Source: an uncultured Acidobacteriota bacterium
GTDB lineage: Bacteria > Acidobacteriota > Thermoanaerobaculia > UBA5066 > Gp7-AA6
Direction: 5' to 3'
Assembly: GCA_963764715.1 (NCBI GenBank)
Contig: CAVXTP010000022.1
Span: 352,001-416,000 of the forward strand
DNA length: 64,000 nt
The stretch's first letter is position 1, and the number at the start of each line of letters is the position of its first letter. Below, piece by piece: positions 27,924 to 38,099 of this stretch. Made by a program: the position numbers and the translations under genes. The notes under the pieces are model-generated. The model was not told the DNA's origin and ran no database searches. It worked only from the letters and a program-made list of their open reading frames with translations.

Positions 27924-29715
27924 TTACTCCTGCGCGGCCTCGTCCGCCTTCTTGCGGGTCCGCTTCTTCTTCGGCGCCGGCTCGGCCGCCGCTTCGGGGG
28001 CCGGCTCGGCCGCCGGGGCGGCGGGCTCCGGAACCGCGGCGCTCTCCGCTTCGGCGGGCGCGGCCGTCGCCGCCGAACCGACGCCGACGCCCGAGAGGCC
28101 GACCTTCATGTCGGCGTCCTCGATCCGCAGGATGCGTGCGCGGACCGTGTCGCCTTCCTTGTAGTGGTCCTGGAGCTTGTCGCCGCGCGGCGATCGGCGT
28201 CTCGGAGACGTGCATCAGGCCCTCGACGAGCCCCTCGATCTGCACGAAGACGCCGAAGTCGGCGACCCGGGTCACGACTCCCTCGACCTCGTCGCCGGGC
28301 TGGTGCTTCTCCTTGAAGGTCTGCCAGTCGTTGGGCTGGAATTCCTTGATCGAGAGCGAGATCCGCCGGTTGTCCTGGTCGATCGACGTGATGATCGCCT
28401 CGACGTCGTCGCCCTTCTTGAGGACCTCGGACGGGTGCTTGACGCGGCGCGTCCAGGACATGTCGGAGACGTGGACGAGCCCGTCGATGCCCTCCTCGAG
28501 CTCGACGAACGCGCCGAAGTCGGTGAGGTTGCGGACCTTGCCCGCGACACGGCTGCCGACGGCGTACTTCGACGCCACGCTCTCCCACGGATCCGGGAGC
28601 GTGTCCTTGAGCGAGAGCGAGATGCGGCGCGCCTCGGGATTGACGTCGGACACGACGGCCTCGACGGTGTCCCCGGGCGAGACGACCTTGGACGGGTTCT
28701 TGATCTTCTTCGACCAGGACATCTCCGAGACGTGCACGAGCCCCTCGACGCCGTCCTCGAGCTCGACGAACGCGCCGTAGTCGGTGACGTTGGTGACGCG
28801 GCCGGTGACGCGGGAGCCCGCCGGGTACTTCTCCGGCACGTGGGCCCACGGGTCCTCGGTCAGCTGCTTGGTGCCGAGCGAGACGCGCTCGGTCTCGCGG
28901 TCGAACTTGAGGACGACGACGTCGATCTCGTCGGCGACCTTGACCAGGTCGGACGGATGATTGACGCGGCCCCAGGACATGTCGGTCACGTGGAGCAGGC
29001 CGTCGAGGCCGCCGAGGTCGACGAACGCGCCGTAGTCGGTGAGGTTCTTGACCGTGCCCCGCAGGACGCGGCCCTCCTCGAGGAGCTGGAGGGTCTCCTT
29101 CTTGCGGGCCTCCTGCTCGACCTCGACGACGGCCTTGCGCGAGAGCACGATGTTGCCCCGCTTCTTGTCGACCGAGATGACCTTGAAGTCGAGGTCCTTG
29201 CCGCGCAGGGCCTCGAGGTTCTTGACCGGCTTGACGTCGACCAGGGAGCCCGGGAGGAACGCCTTGACGCCGATGTCGACGGCGAGGCCGCCCTTGATCC
29301 GGTCGATGACGCGGCCGCGGACCGTCGTGCCGGAGCGGTACGACTTCTCGACCTCGTCCCAGACCTTCATCTTCTCGGCCTTGTCCTTCGAAAGGACGAC
29401 GTAGCCGTTCTGGTCTTCGGTGCGCTCGAGGAGGACGTCGACGGGGTCGCCCTGCTTGATCGTGACCTGTCCCGAGAAGTCGGTGAACTCGGACAGCGGA
29501 ATGATGCCCTCCGACTTGTAGCCGATGTCGACGATCACTTCCGAGGGCGTGATCGAGAGAACGCGGCCGCGGATGATCTGTCCCTCCTGCAAGTTCTTGA
29601 AGGAGTTCTCGTATTGGGCCAGAAGGTGTTCGTACTCCTGGGCCGTCAGTTCCTGCTCTGTTTCCATCGGCTCGGCTTCCCGACCTCCTGTCGCTTTACG
29701 CTTTTCTCCCGGCAT
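27924..29715 (-). CDS. rpsA: 30S ribosomal protein S1, apparent +1 frameshift near 28185-28192
   Basis: Six S1 repeats (e.g. DYGAFVDLGGLDGLLHVTDMSW); the sixth repeat continues GDKLQDHYKEGDTVRARILRIE in the frame ending at 27924; start uncertain (29715 or 29667). Confidence 0.93.
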
Positions 29716-29786
29716 TGGAAAAGGGATCCCCTCTCTTAAGTCGCTGATTTGCAAAGCAATATCCTATGGGTTCAGCGGCAGCCCAG

Positions 29787-30464
29787 TCAAATCGCCCCGC
29801 GAACCCGCCTTTCGATCTCGTCCACGACGTCGCCGGCGGGCCGGCCCGTCGAGTCGATCAGGGTATACCGCGAATCCAGGGTCAGCGGGGAGTCGGCCCT
29901 CGAACCGTCGTCCCGGTCGCGTTTTTCCATCTCCCGGAGCACGTCTTCGTACGGCCGGGGGGTCCCCCGCTCGGCAAGCTCCCGGGTGCGGCGCGCCGCC
30001 CGTTCGGCCGGGTCGGCCGTCAGGAAGAATTTGTGGGGTGTGTCCGGGAACACCTTCGTCCCGATGTCCCGGCCCTCGAGGACCCCTCCCCGCTCCCTTC
30101 CGACGCGCTGCTGCTGGGCGACCAGGGTCCGCCGGACGGCCGGGATGGCCGAGACCGCCGAGGCATAGAGGGAGATCTCGGGCCGCCGGATCTCGGCCGA
30201 GACGTCCTCGCCGCCGAGAAGGACGCGGCTGCCCTCGGCGGCCGGGAAGAGCTCGACGCGGGACCCCGCGGCGATCGCGGCGACCCGCTCCGGGTCCTCG
30301 ATCGGAAGCGTCACCCCGGCCCGCTCCGCCGCGAGGCCGACCGCGCGGTACATGGCGCCCGTGTCGATGTAGGGGACCCGGAGGCGCGAGGCGAGCGCCC
30401 GGGCGACCGTCGACTTTCCGGCTCCGGAGGGACCGTCGATGGCGACGATGAGGGGCGGGTTCAA
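29787..30464 (-). CDS. cmk: Cytidylate kinase
   Basis: AIDGPSGAGKST, DTGAMYRA, EGRDIGTKVFP; TTG start at TTGA overlap. Confidence 0.96.
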   Translation of the reverse strand: MNPPLIVAIDGPSGAGKSTVARALASRLRVPYIDTGAMYRAVGLAAERAGVTLPIEDPERVAAIAAGSRVELFPAAEGSRVLLGGEDVSAEIRRPEISLYASAVSAIPAVRRTLVAQQQRVGRERGGVLEGRDIGTKVFPDTPHKFFLTADPAERAARRTRELAERGTPRPYEDVLREMEKRDRDDGSRADSPLTLDSRYTLIDSTGRPAGDVVDEIERRVRGAI

Positions 30465-31215
30465 GCCTTCTTTTCCAGGCGATAGAGGGCCGCGACCTCG
30501 GCTTCGGCGAGGCGGCGGAAGGCGCCCGGAGTCAGGCGGGCGTCGCGGATCGGCCCGATCGCCACGCGCTTCAGCTTCGAGACGGGATGGCCGACCATCT
30601 CGAACATCCTCCGGATCTGCCGGGAGCGGCCCTCCGTCAGGGTCACCCGGAGCCAGGAATTGCCTTCCTCTTCGCCCTTGCGCGGCGTCCCGGAGACGCG
30701 CTCGATGCCGCACGGCTTCGTCGGGCGGCCGTCGAGCCGGAGGCCTCCCCGCCGGAGCTTCTCGAGCTTCGCCTCGGACGGCTCCCCGGCGACCTTGACC
30801 ATGTACTCCTTGGTGCACCCGGTCGAGGGGTGCGTGACGAGCCGCGCGAGGTCGCCGTCGTCCGTCATGAGCAGGAGGCCCTCGGTCTGGACGTCGAGGC
30901 GCCCGACGGGCTTGATCCCGCGGCGCAGCTTGCCGGGCAGGAGGTCGAGGACGGTGTCCCGGCTCTGCGGATCCGAGACGGTGGTGACGAAGCCCTTCGG
31001 CTTGTTGAGCAGGATGTAGGTCTTCGGCCCCGAGGACGGACGGATCCGCTTCTCGTCGACCTTGATCGAGTCCTTCTCGGGATCGGCGCGCTCGCCGAGG
31101 ACGGCGACCCGGCCGTTGACGCGGACGCGGCCCTCGCGGATCCACTCCTCGGCCAGGCGCCTCGACGCGGCGCCCGTCGATGCGATGATCTTCTGGATGC
31201 GGACTTGAGGCAGCG

Positions 31216-31219
<4 letters not shown>
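30461..31219 (-). CDS. rluB: RluB/RsuA-family rRNA pseudouridine synthase
   Basis: S4 domain (RIQK..SRR.AE), NKPKG, VGRLD, EGRSRQIRRM; scpAB-rluB-cmk order. Confidence 0.9.
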
Positions 31220-31916
<697 letters not shown>

Positions 31917-31920
<4 letters not shown>

Positions 31921-32684
31921 TCGCTGTAAGTATCGCGTATCTGGTCGGGCGTGAAAACGACATCCGTGCGCGTGGCGTGGATCTCGGCGAAAGCCCGCGT
32001 CTGGAACGCCCGCACGACGCCGAGGCGGATGAGCTCGAGGCACGCGAGGAAGGCCGTCACGGCCTCGGCGCGGTAGCGCATCTGGCCGAGGAACTGGAGG
32101 AGCGGCATCGTCCGGTGCTCGTCGAGCCGGGCGAGCAGCTCGATCATCTTGTCCCGGACCGAGAAGCGAAGGTGGTGGATCGCGAGGGCCGGCGGGTGCG
32201 CCAGGCGGTAATTGTCCGTCACGCTTCGGAAGGTCTCGATCAGGTCGAAGAGCGAGACCTCCAGGGTCTCCTCGGCTCCTTCGCCCTTCGGGATCTCGGT
32301 CTCCGGCCGCGGCCAGAGACCGCTCCGGAGCGTGTCGACCGCGTGGAGGGTCTCGGCCGAGCGCTTGAACTTCTCGTATTCGAGCAGGCGCTGGGCGAGA
32401 TCGGCGCGCGGGTCGACCTCCGGCTCCCCCGGCGCCCGGGGAAGGAGCATCTTCGACTTGATGTAGATGAGCTCGGCCGCCATCGCGACGTACTCGGACG
32501 CCACGTCGAGGTCCAGCTCCTGCATCGCTTCGAGGTAGGCCGTGTACTGCTCGGTGATCTCGGCGATCGGGATGTCGGTGATCGACACCTCGTTGATCCG
32601 GATCAGGTGCAGCAGCAGGTCGAGAGGCCCGGCGAAAGCCGGGATCGCGACGGGCGGCAGGCCGCCCCGGTTGACCTCTTCCAC
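31917..32684 (-). CDS. scpA: Segregation and condensation protein A
   Basis: FAGPLDLLLHLI, IKSKMLLP, DPR..L..RLLEY, FLACLEL. Confidence 0.95.
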
Positions 32685-32686
32685 GC

Positions 32687-33688
32687 TCAGGGCTCCGGCG
32701 AGAGCTTCACGGCGGCCCGGACCTTCTCCATCGTGGCCTCCGCGGCCACGCGGGCCGCGGCGTCGCCGGCATGGAGGACGTCGCGGACCACGTCGGAGGA
32801 GGAGGCGACGAGCGCGGCGCGCTTCTGCCGGAAGGGCTCGAGCGCCGCGTTGAGGTTGCCGATGAGGTGTTTCTTGCAGTCGACGCAGCCGCGCGCGGCC
32901 GTGCGGCACTCGACGTCGACGACGGCGACCTCGGCGGGCGGCGAGTAGAGCTCGTGGAAGGGAAACAGGTTGCAGTTGTCGGGGTTGCCCGGGTCCGTGC
33001 GCCGCGCCCGGGCCGGATCGGTCACCATCGCCATCACCTTCTCCCGCACGGAGTCGGCCGGCTCGGTGATCCCGATCGTGTTGTTGTAGGACTTGGACAT
33101 CTTGCGGCCGTCGATGCCGTTGACCTTCGGCGTCGGCGTGAAGAGCGCCTTCGGCTCCGGAAAGACCTCTCCGTAGAGGCCGTTGAAGCGGCGGACGATC
33201 TCGCGGCTGATCTCGAGGTGGCTCGCCTGGTCCTCGCCGACCGGCACGAGGTTGGCGCGGTAGATCGCGATGTCGGCCGTCTGGAGGACCGGGTACCCGA
33301 GGAAGCCATGGGTCCCGAGGTCCTTCGACCGCAGCTGCTCGATCTGGTCCTTGTACGTCGGGACGCGCTCGAGCCAGCCGAGCGGCGTGATCATCGAGAA
33401 ATACAGCGCGAGCTCGGCGTGCTGCGGCACCCGCGACTGGAGGAAGATCGTCGAGGCCTTCGGATCGAGCCCGACCGCGAGCCAGTCGAGAACGGCCTCG
33501 CGCGTGTTCGCGGCGAGCGCCGCGGTGTCGGCGTAGTCGGTCGTCAGCGCGTGGAGGTCGGCGACGAAGAAGAAGCAGCGGTACTTCCCCGAGTTCTGGA
33601 GGTCGACCCAGTTGCGGACCGCCCCGAAGTAGTTGCCGAGGTGGACCCGGCCGGTCGGGCGCAGGCCCGAGAGGACGATCTCCGGCAT
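32687..33688 (-). CDS. trpS: Tryptophan-tRNA ligase
   Basis: SGLRPTGRVHLGNY, YPVLQTADI, VPVGEDQ, KMSKS. Confidence 0.98.
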   Translation of the reverse strand: MPEIVLSGLRPTGRVHLGNYFGAVRNWVDLQNSGKYRCFFFVADLHALTTDYADTAALAANTREAVLDWLAVGLDPKASTIFLQSRVPQHAELALYFSMITPLGWLERVPTYKDQIEQLRSKDLGTHGFLGYPVLQTADIAIYRANLVPVGEDQASHLEISREIVRRFNGLYGEVFPEPKALFTPTPKVNGIDGRKMSKSYNNTIGITEPADSVREKVMAMVTDPARARRTDPGNPDNCNLFPFHELYSPPAEVAVVDVECRTAARGCVDCKKHLIGNLNAALEPFRQKRAALVASSSDVVRDVLHAGDAAARVAAEATMEKVRAAVKLSPEP

Positions 33689-34371
33689 CAGAGCCCCCCG
33701 AAGATGAGGCGCAGGACGGCGACCTGGATCGGTCGGAATATGTTTCCGAGGACGGGTGTGGCGATCAGGAGGATCAAAATCATGAAACCGAACGGCGCAA
33801 TCGTCGCATACAGCCTGGCGGCGGGAGCGCCGACGAGCGAGACGACGACCCCGCTTCCGTCGAGCGGCGGAATCGGCAGAAGGTTGAAGACGGCCAGCAT
33901 CACGTTGACCATCGAGAAGACGTAGAGGATGTAGGCAATCGGCGCCAGCGTTCCGGCGGCGAATCGATTCCCCCGGAGGGCGTCGACGAGGTCCGCCATC
34001 GCGGCGGGGTCCACGGCCCCGATCACCCGGAGGAGCACGATCCCGAACCCGGCCAGCAGGAAGTTCGAGAGCGGCCCCGCGGCGGAGACGAGGAGGTTGG
34101 CCATTCGCGGGTTCTTCGTCCGCCGGAGGTCGACGGGCGTGGGCTTGGCCGCTCCGAAGATCAGCCCGGAGAAGAAGTACAGGAGCGCGGGCACCAGGAT
34201 GCTCCCGACCGGGTCGATGTGCCGGATCGGGTTGAGGCTGATCCGGCCGAGGTCCCGCGCCGTCGTGTCCCCCAGCTTGAGCGCGGTCCAGGCATGGGCC
34301 GACTCGTGGAAGGAGATGGCGAAGAGAATCACCGCGAGCTGGATCGCGAAGTCGACGACCTTGTGTTCCAA
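33688..34371 (-). CDS. Site-2 protease (M50) family
   Basis: HESAH, SLNPIRHIDP, AGPLSN, FNLLPIPPLDG; TTG start tentative. Confidence 0.92.
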   Translation of the reverse strand: MEHKVVDFAIQLAVILFAISFHESAHAWTALKLGDTTARDLGRISLNPIRHIDPVGSILVPALLYFFSGLIFGAAKPTPVDLRRTKNPRMANLLVSAAGPLSNFLLAGFGIVLLRVIGAVDPAAMADLVDALRGNRFAAGTLAPIAYILYVFSMVNVMLAVFNLLPIPPLDGSGVVVSLVGAPAARLYATIAPFGFMILILLIATPVLGNIFRPIQVAVLRLIFGGL

Positions 34372-34380
34372 GCGGCTGGG

Positions 34381-34389
34381 ACTATAGCA
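34381..34389 (-). promoter_or_regulatory. Extended -10 promoter (TGcTATAGT) of the S2P-trpS operon
   Basis: Minus strand TGCTATAGT, 9 nt upstream of the tentative TTG. Confidence 0.65.
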
Positions 34390-34455
34390 AGCGTCTGAGG
34401 CGGCGAGGCTTGTGGGGAGCCGCCCGGAGGCCTTAGATTGGCCTCCCGGGGGGCC

Positions 34456-34482
34456 GTAACCTTCCCTTCCACGCAACGTCTC
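34456..34482 (+). promoter_or_regulatory. ECF-sigma promoter 1 (autoregulatory)
   Basis: GTAAC-N13-CAACGTCTC, i.e. AAC-N16-CGTC, upstream of the ECF sigma gene. Confidence 0.75.
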
Positions 34483-34500
34483 CCCTGTTGGCCGGGCTGA

Positions 34501-35070
34501 ATGGAAACCAGAGGCAGCGAGGATCTCGACCTGCTCGAGAGGATTCGCCGCGGGGACACCGGCGGTGCGGCCGAGCTTTTCGAGCGCTACTCGCCGGCCC
34601 TGCTCCGGTTCACGGACCGGATGCTCTCGGACCGGGCCTCGGCCGAGGAAGTGACACAGGAGGTTTTCGTCAAGGTGATCTCGAGGGCGCATCAGTACGA
34701 CGGGCGGGCCGGCGTGGCCTCGTGGCTCTTCGCCATCGCGGCCAACGCGTGCCGCGACCGGCGTCGGCGGGACCGCCGGGCCACGGTCGTGCCGCTGGAG
34801 GCCGTCGCCGAGCCGAGCGCGCGCGGCGAAGGGATCGAAAGCGTCATCGCGTCGCGCGAGCGCCGGCAGGCCGTCCGCCAGGCCCTCTCCCGGCTTTCCG
34901 ACGAGCAGCGCGAAGCGCTCGTCCTCGCCCGCTACCACGGCATGCCGTACGCCGAGATCGCGGAGACGCTGGGGATCTCGGTCGGCGCCGTCAAGACCCG
35001 CATCTTCCGGGCCGTCGAAACGCTGAAGGCCCATTTCTCGGAGGGAGAATCATGGACTGCCGCGACGTAA
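34501..35070 (+). CDS. ECF RNA polymerase sigma factor
   Basis: AEEVTQEVF region 2, SWLFAIAANAC.D, region 4 YAEIAETLGISVGAVKTRIFRA. Confidence 0.96.
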   Translation: METRGSEDLDLLERIRRGDTGGAAELFERYSPALLRFTDRMLSDRASAEEVTQEVFVKVISRAHQYDGRAGVASWLFAIAANACRDRRRRDRRATVVPLEAVAEPSARGEGIESVIASRERRQAVRQALSRLSDEQREALVLARYHGMPYAEIAETLGISVGAVKTRIFRAVETLKAHFSEGESWTAAT

Positions 35071-36023
35071 CCGCGATCGCCCTCGAACGCCTCGCCGGGG
35101 AAGCCGACGAGGCCTCGCGCCGCGAGCTGTCGGCGCACCTGGCGGGCTGCGAGGCCTGCCGCGGCGAGATGGCCCGGCTCGAGGACCTCTGGACGGTCCT
35201 CGGCACCGACCCGGACGCGCCGGTCACGCCGGAGTTCCGCCGCCGCTCCCTCGACCTGATGGAGGAGGAGATGCTCCGCCGGCGGGTGCGCGAGTTCCGG
35301 CCGCGGCCGCGCGCCGTCGTCGTGCGCCCGATGCTCCAGGCCGCGGCGCTGCTCGCGGCCGGCAGCCTCGGATACCTCGTCGCGCGGAACGTGGCGCCCG
35401 CCGCCCGGCCGTCGCCGTCCCCCGCGCCGGGGGCGACGACCGCGTCCGCGCGGCCCGCCGCCTCCGCGCTGCCGGACCTGTCGGCGAGCCCGAGGCTTTC
35501 CAACGTGGCCTACCGGCCGGCGGACAAGGACGGGCGGGTCGGAATCGAGTTCGACGTCACCACGCGCCAGACGGTCGTCGGGCGTCCCGAGGAGCCGGAG
35601 GTCGCGAAGCTGCTCGCGTACATGGTCTCGCGCAGCGCCGACACCGCCGGCGACCGCTCGCGCGCGATCGCGCTCGTCTCCGAGCACTACGGCGCGGGCA
35701 GCGCGACGGCCTCTCCCGAGATCGTCGCCGCCCTGTCGTCGACGCTCCGGAAGGACCCCAACCCGGGCGTCCGCAAGAAGGCCGCCGATGCGCTCGCGTC
35801 GTTCACGATGACCCCCGAGATCCGGACCGTGTTCCTCGAGGCGCTGTCCTCGGACAAGAACCCGGCCGTGCGCCTCGCGGCCGTCGACGCGCTCGCGGCC
35901 GCGGCCAAGCAGTCGCCGGACGAGCGCACGATCGAGTCGCTGCGCGAGAAGGCCGTCGATCCCCAGGAGAACGGCTTCGTGCGCGCCAAGGCGGCGTCCG
36001 CGCTGAAGGCGATCTCCTTCTGA
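35052..36023 (+). CDS. Anti-sigma factor: zf-HC2 (ZAS) domain, TM helix, C-terminal HEAT repeats
   Basis: MDC...HLAGCEAC, hydrophobic LLAAGSLGYLVA, repeats DPNPGVRKKAADAL / DKNPAVRLAAVDAL / QENGFVRAKAASAL. Confidence 0.88.
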   Translation: MDCRDVTAIALERLAGEADEASRRELSAHLAGCEACRGEMARLEDLWTVLGTDPDAPVTPEFRRRSLDLMEEEMLRRRVREFRPRPRAVVVRPMLQAAALLAAGSLGYLVARNVAPAARPSPSPAPGATTASARPAASALPDLSASPRLSNVAYRPADKDGRVGIEFDVTTRQTVVGRPEEPEVAKLLAYMVSRSADTAGDRSRAIALVSEHYGAGSATASPEIVAALSSTLRKDPNPGVRKKAADALASFTMTPEIRTVFLEALSSDKNPAVRLAAVDALAAAAKQSPDERTIESLREKAVDPQENGFVRAKAASALKAISF

Positions 36024-36036
36024 GAAAGGGCGCAGC

Positions 36037-36063
36037 GAAACTCCCATGCCGAGCCAACGTCTC
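36037..36063 (+). promoter_or_regulatory. ECF-sigma promoter 2
   Basis: GAAAC-N13-CAACGTCTC; same spacing and 9-mer as promoter 1. Confidence 0.72.
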
Positions 36064-36072
36064 TCTTGGACG

Positions 36073-38040
36073 ATGAACACGCTGAAGTTCGAACGCTCCC
36101 GCGAGGCCTGCGAAACGCCGACGGCGCGCGCCGATCGGTTCGCGGTCTGGATCCTGCTCGCGCTGGGTCTCTTCCTCATGCTGGTCTCGACCGGCAAGGC
36201 GGAACAGGGCTCGGCCACCCGCACCGAGCGCGTCAACGGCACGCTCGCGTCCGGGCAGACGCTCTCGGTCGACAACGTCTCGGGCGACATCGTGGCCTCC
36301 CCGGGACGCGAGTTCTCCGCGGTCGTGACGGTGACGGTCTCCGCGCCCACGCAGAAGCAGGCCGAAGACCTGCTGAAGAGCGCGCGGATCGCCCAGAGCC
36401 ACGACGACGACGGCTGGTCGCTCGAGACCCGGTGGCCCGGCATGCACGGCCGGGGCGACCGCGGGCGCGACGCGGGCTGCTCGCGCTGCCGCGTCGTCGC
36501 GAACTACGTCCTGACGGTCCCCCCGGGCGTCGCGGCGCAGCTGCAGACGGTCAACGGCGACGTTCGCGTCAAGGACCTCGACGGTGAGCTGACGCTGGGC
36601 TCCGTCAACGGGGCGATCGACGCCCGGGGCGTGCGCCGGTCGCTCGAGGCCCAGACCGTGAACGGCTCGATCGACGCCGTATCGCAGGCGCTGCGGACCG
36701 AGGACAGCGTCGAGCTCCAGTCGGTCAACGGCTCGGTCACCCTGGTGCTTCCGAAGGACGCCCAGTTCGACCTCTCGGCCGAGACCATGAACGGCACGAT
36801 CGCCTCCTCGTTCCCGCTGCCGAAGCAGCCGCTGCTGTCGGGGCGGGCCGCCGGCGGCGAGATGCCGCCGCGGGGCCACGGAAAGAAGGCGCGGCAGATC
36901 GTCGTGACCGACGAGGACGGCGACACGACCATGGTCGACCTCGACCAGCTGGACCAGGAGCTCGACGAATCGATGAAGGACGTCGAGCGCTCGATCCGCG
37001 AGGCCGAGCAGGAGATCCGCGAGCGGGAGAAGGACACCCGCGCCATCAACCGCGAGATCCGGACGATCCGCATCGCCGACCCGCGCCGCGACTACAGCGG
37101 TTCGATCGGGAAGGGCGGCGCCTCCGTCCGCCTGCAGACCCTGAACGGCACGGTTCTCCTGCTCGCCGCCGGGACGAAGGAGGCCGACGCGAAGCCGCTC
37201 GTCTCGGGCCGCCGCGAGTTCGTGGTGACGGTGCCGGACGTGCACGTGAAGGTCCCGGCGCCGGTCGTGGCGAGCCCGCGCGTGCATCCGGTGCCTCCGG
37301 CTCCGCCCGCTCTCCCGGTCGCCGGGGTTCCCGCCGTACCCGCGGTTCCGCCGGCCCCGCCCGCCGACTTCGACGGCGAGGTGGTGCGCGGCGACGTCGC
37401 GGGCGACTTCCTCTCGACGACGAGCGGCGGCAACTACCGGATCGGGCGGGTCAGCGGCCGGGTCAAGATCCTGACCCACTCGGGCGAGATCCGCGTCGGC
37501 GGCATCGGCGCGGGCGGCGAGCTGAAGACCTTCGGCGGCGACGTCGTGCTCGGTCCCGTGACCGGCGACCTCAGGGTGTCGACGGCGGCGGGCGACATCC
37601 GCGTGGATTCCGTCTCCGGCTCGGCGCTGGCCGACACGGCCGGCGGGGACATCCGCATCCAGAGCGTCGGCGGAAATCTCGACGCCAAGACGGCCGGCGG
37701 CGACGTGATCGTGCCCCGGGTCGGCGGAAGCGTGCGCGCTTCGACGGCCGGCGGCGACGTGCGCATCGGCGTCACGTCCCGGGACATCCGGGGAGGAATC
37801 ACCATCCGCAACTCCGGCGGGGACGTGTCGCTGTCGATCCCGGCCGACACGAAGGCCGACGTCGAGCTCGTCGTGACGGGCGCCGAGGACGAAGAGAACC
37901 CGATCCGCTCGGACTTCGGCTACCTGACGATCGACAAGAAGCCGGGCACGCAGCGCGCCACCGCGGTCTTGAACGGCGGCGGCGAGAAGATCGTGATCCG
38001 GACGACGTCGGGCGAGATCCGGCTGCGGAAGAGTCCGTAA
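36073..38040 (+). CDS. Exported/anchored protein with two DUF4097 beta-solenoid regions and a Pro-rich linker
   Basis: Repeated [TS]VNG and T[AS]GGD[IV] motifs; N-terminal hydrophobic helix; ATG 36073 preferred because ATG 36046 lies inside promoter 2. Confidence 0.82.
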   Translation: MNTLKFERSREACETPTARADRFAVWILLALGLFLMLVSTGKAEQGSATRTERVNGTLASGQTLSVDNVSGDIVASPGREFSAVVTVTVSAPTQKQAEDLLKSARIAQSHDDDGWSLETRWPGMHGRGDRGRDAGCSRCRVVANYVLTVPPGVAAQLQTVNGDVRVKDLDGELTLGSVNGAIDARGVRRSLEAQTVNGSIDAVSQALRTEDSVELQSVNGSVTLVLPKDAQFDLSAETMNGTIASSFPLPKQPLLSGRAAGGEMPPRGHGKKARQIVVTDEDGDTTMVDLDQLDQELDESMKDVERSIREAEQEIREREKDTRAINREIRTIRIADPRRDYSGSIGKGGASVRLQTLNGTVLLLAAGTKEADAKPLVSGRREFVVTVPDVHVKVPAPVVASPRVHPVPPAPPALPVAGVPAVPAVPPAPPADFDGEVVRGDVAGDFLSTTSGGNYRIGRVSGRVKILTHSGEIRVGGIGAGGELKTFGGDVVLGPVTGDLRVSTAAGDIRVDSVSGSALADTAGGDIRIQSVGGNLDAKTAGGDVIVPRVGGSVRASTAGGDVRIGVTSRDIRGGITIRNSGGDVSLSIPADTKADVELVVTGAEDEENPIRSDFGYLTIDKKPGTQRATAVLNGGGEKIVIRTTSGEIRLRKSP

Positions 38041-38041
38041 T

Positions 38042-38076
38042 CAGGAGGCAGGAGGCAGGAGGCAGGAGGCAGGACG
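38042..38076. repeat. Heptamer tandem repeat (CAGGAGG)x4 + CAGGACG
   Basis: Directly visible in the intergenic gap between convergent genes. Confidence 0.9.
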
Positions 38077-38099
38077 ACCAACGGCGCTCTGCGGCCTGA

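Noticed and set aside
27877-28200. Programmed frameshift in rpsA suggested by the shifted frame stopping exactly at the HU/IHF start (ATGA)
   Set aside because: Any ATG-A start creates a TGA in that frame; no slippery sequence is present and the HU/IHF gene has its own SD
28497-29046. Near-identical ~30-bp repeats (GACGAACGCGCCG.AGTCGGTGA) spaced about 260 bp apart, superficially CRISPR-like
   Set aside because: They encode the TD[YF]GAFV motif of tandem S1 domains within rpsA; spacing is too long and no cas genes are present
37500-37830. Periodic ACGGCCGGCGGCGAC repeats
   Set aside because: Coding repeats (TAGGD) of the DUF4097 solenoid
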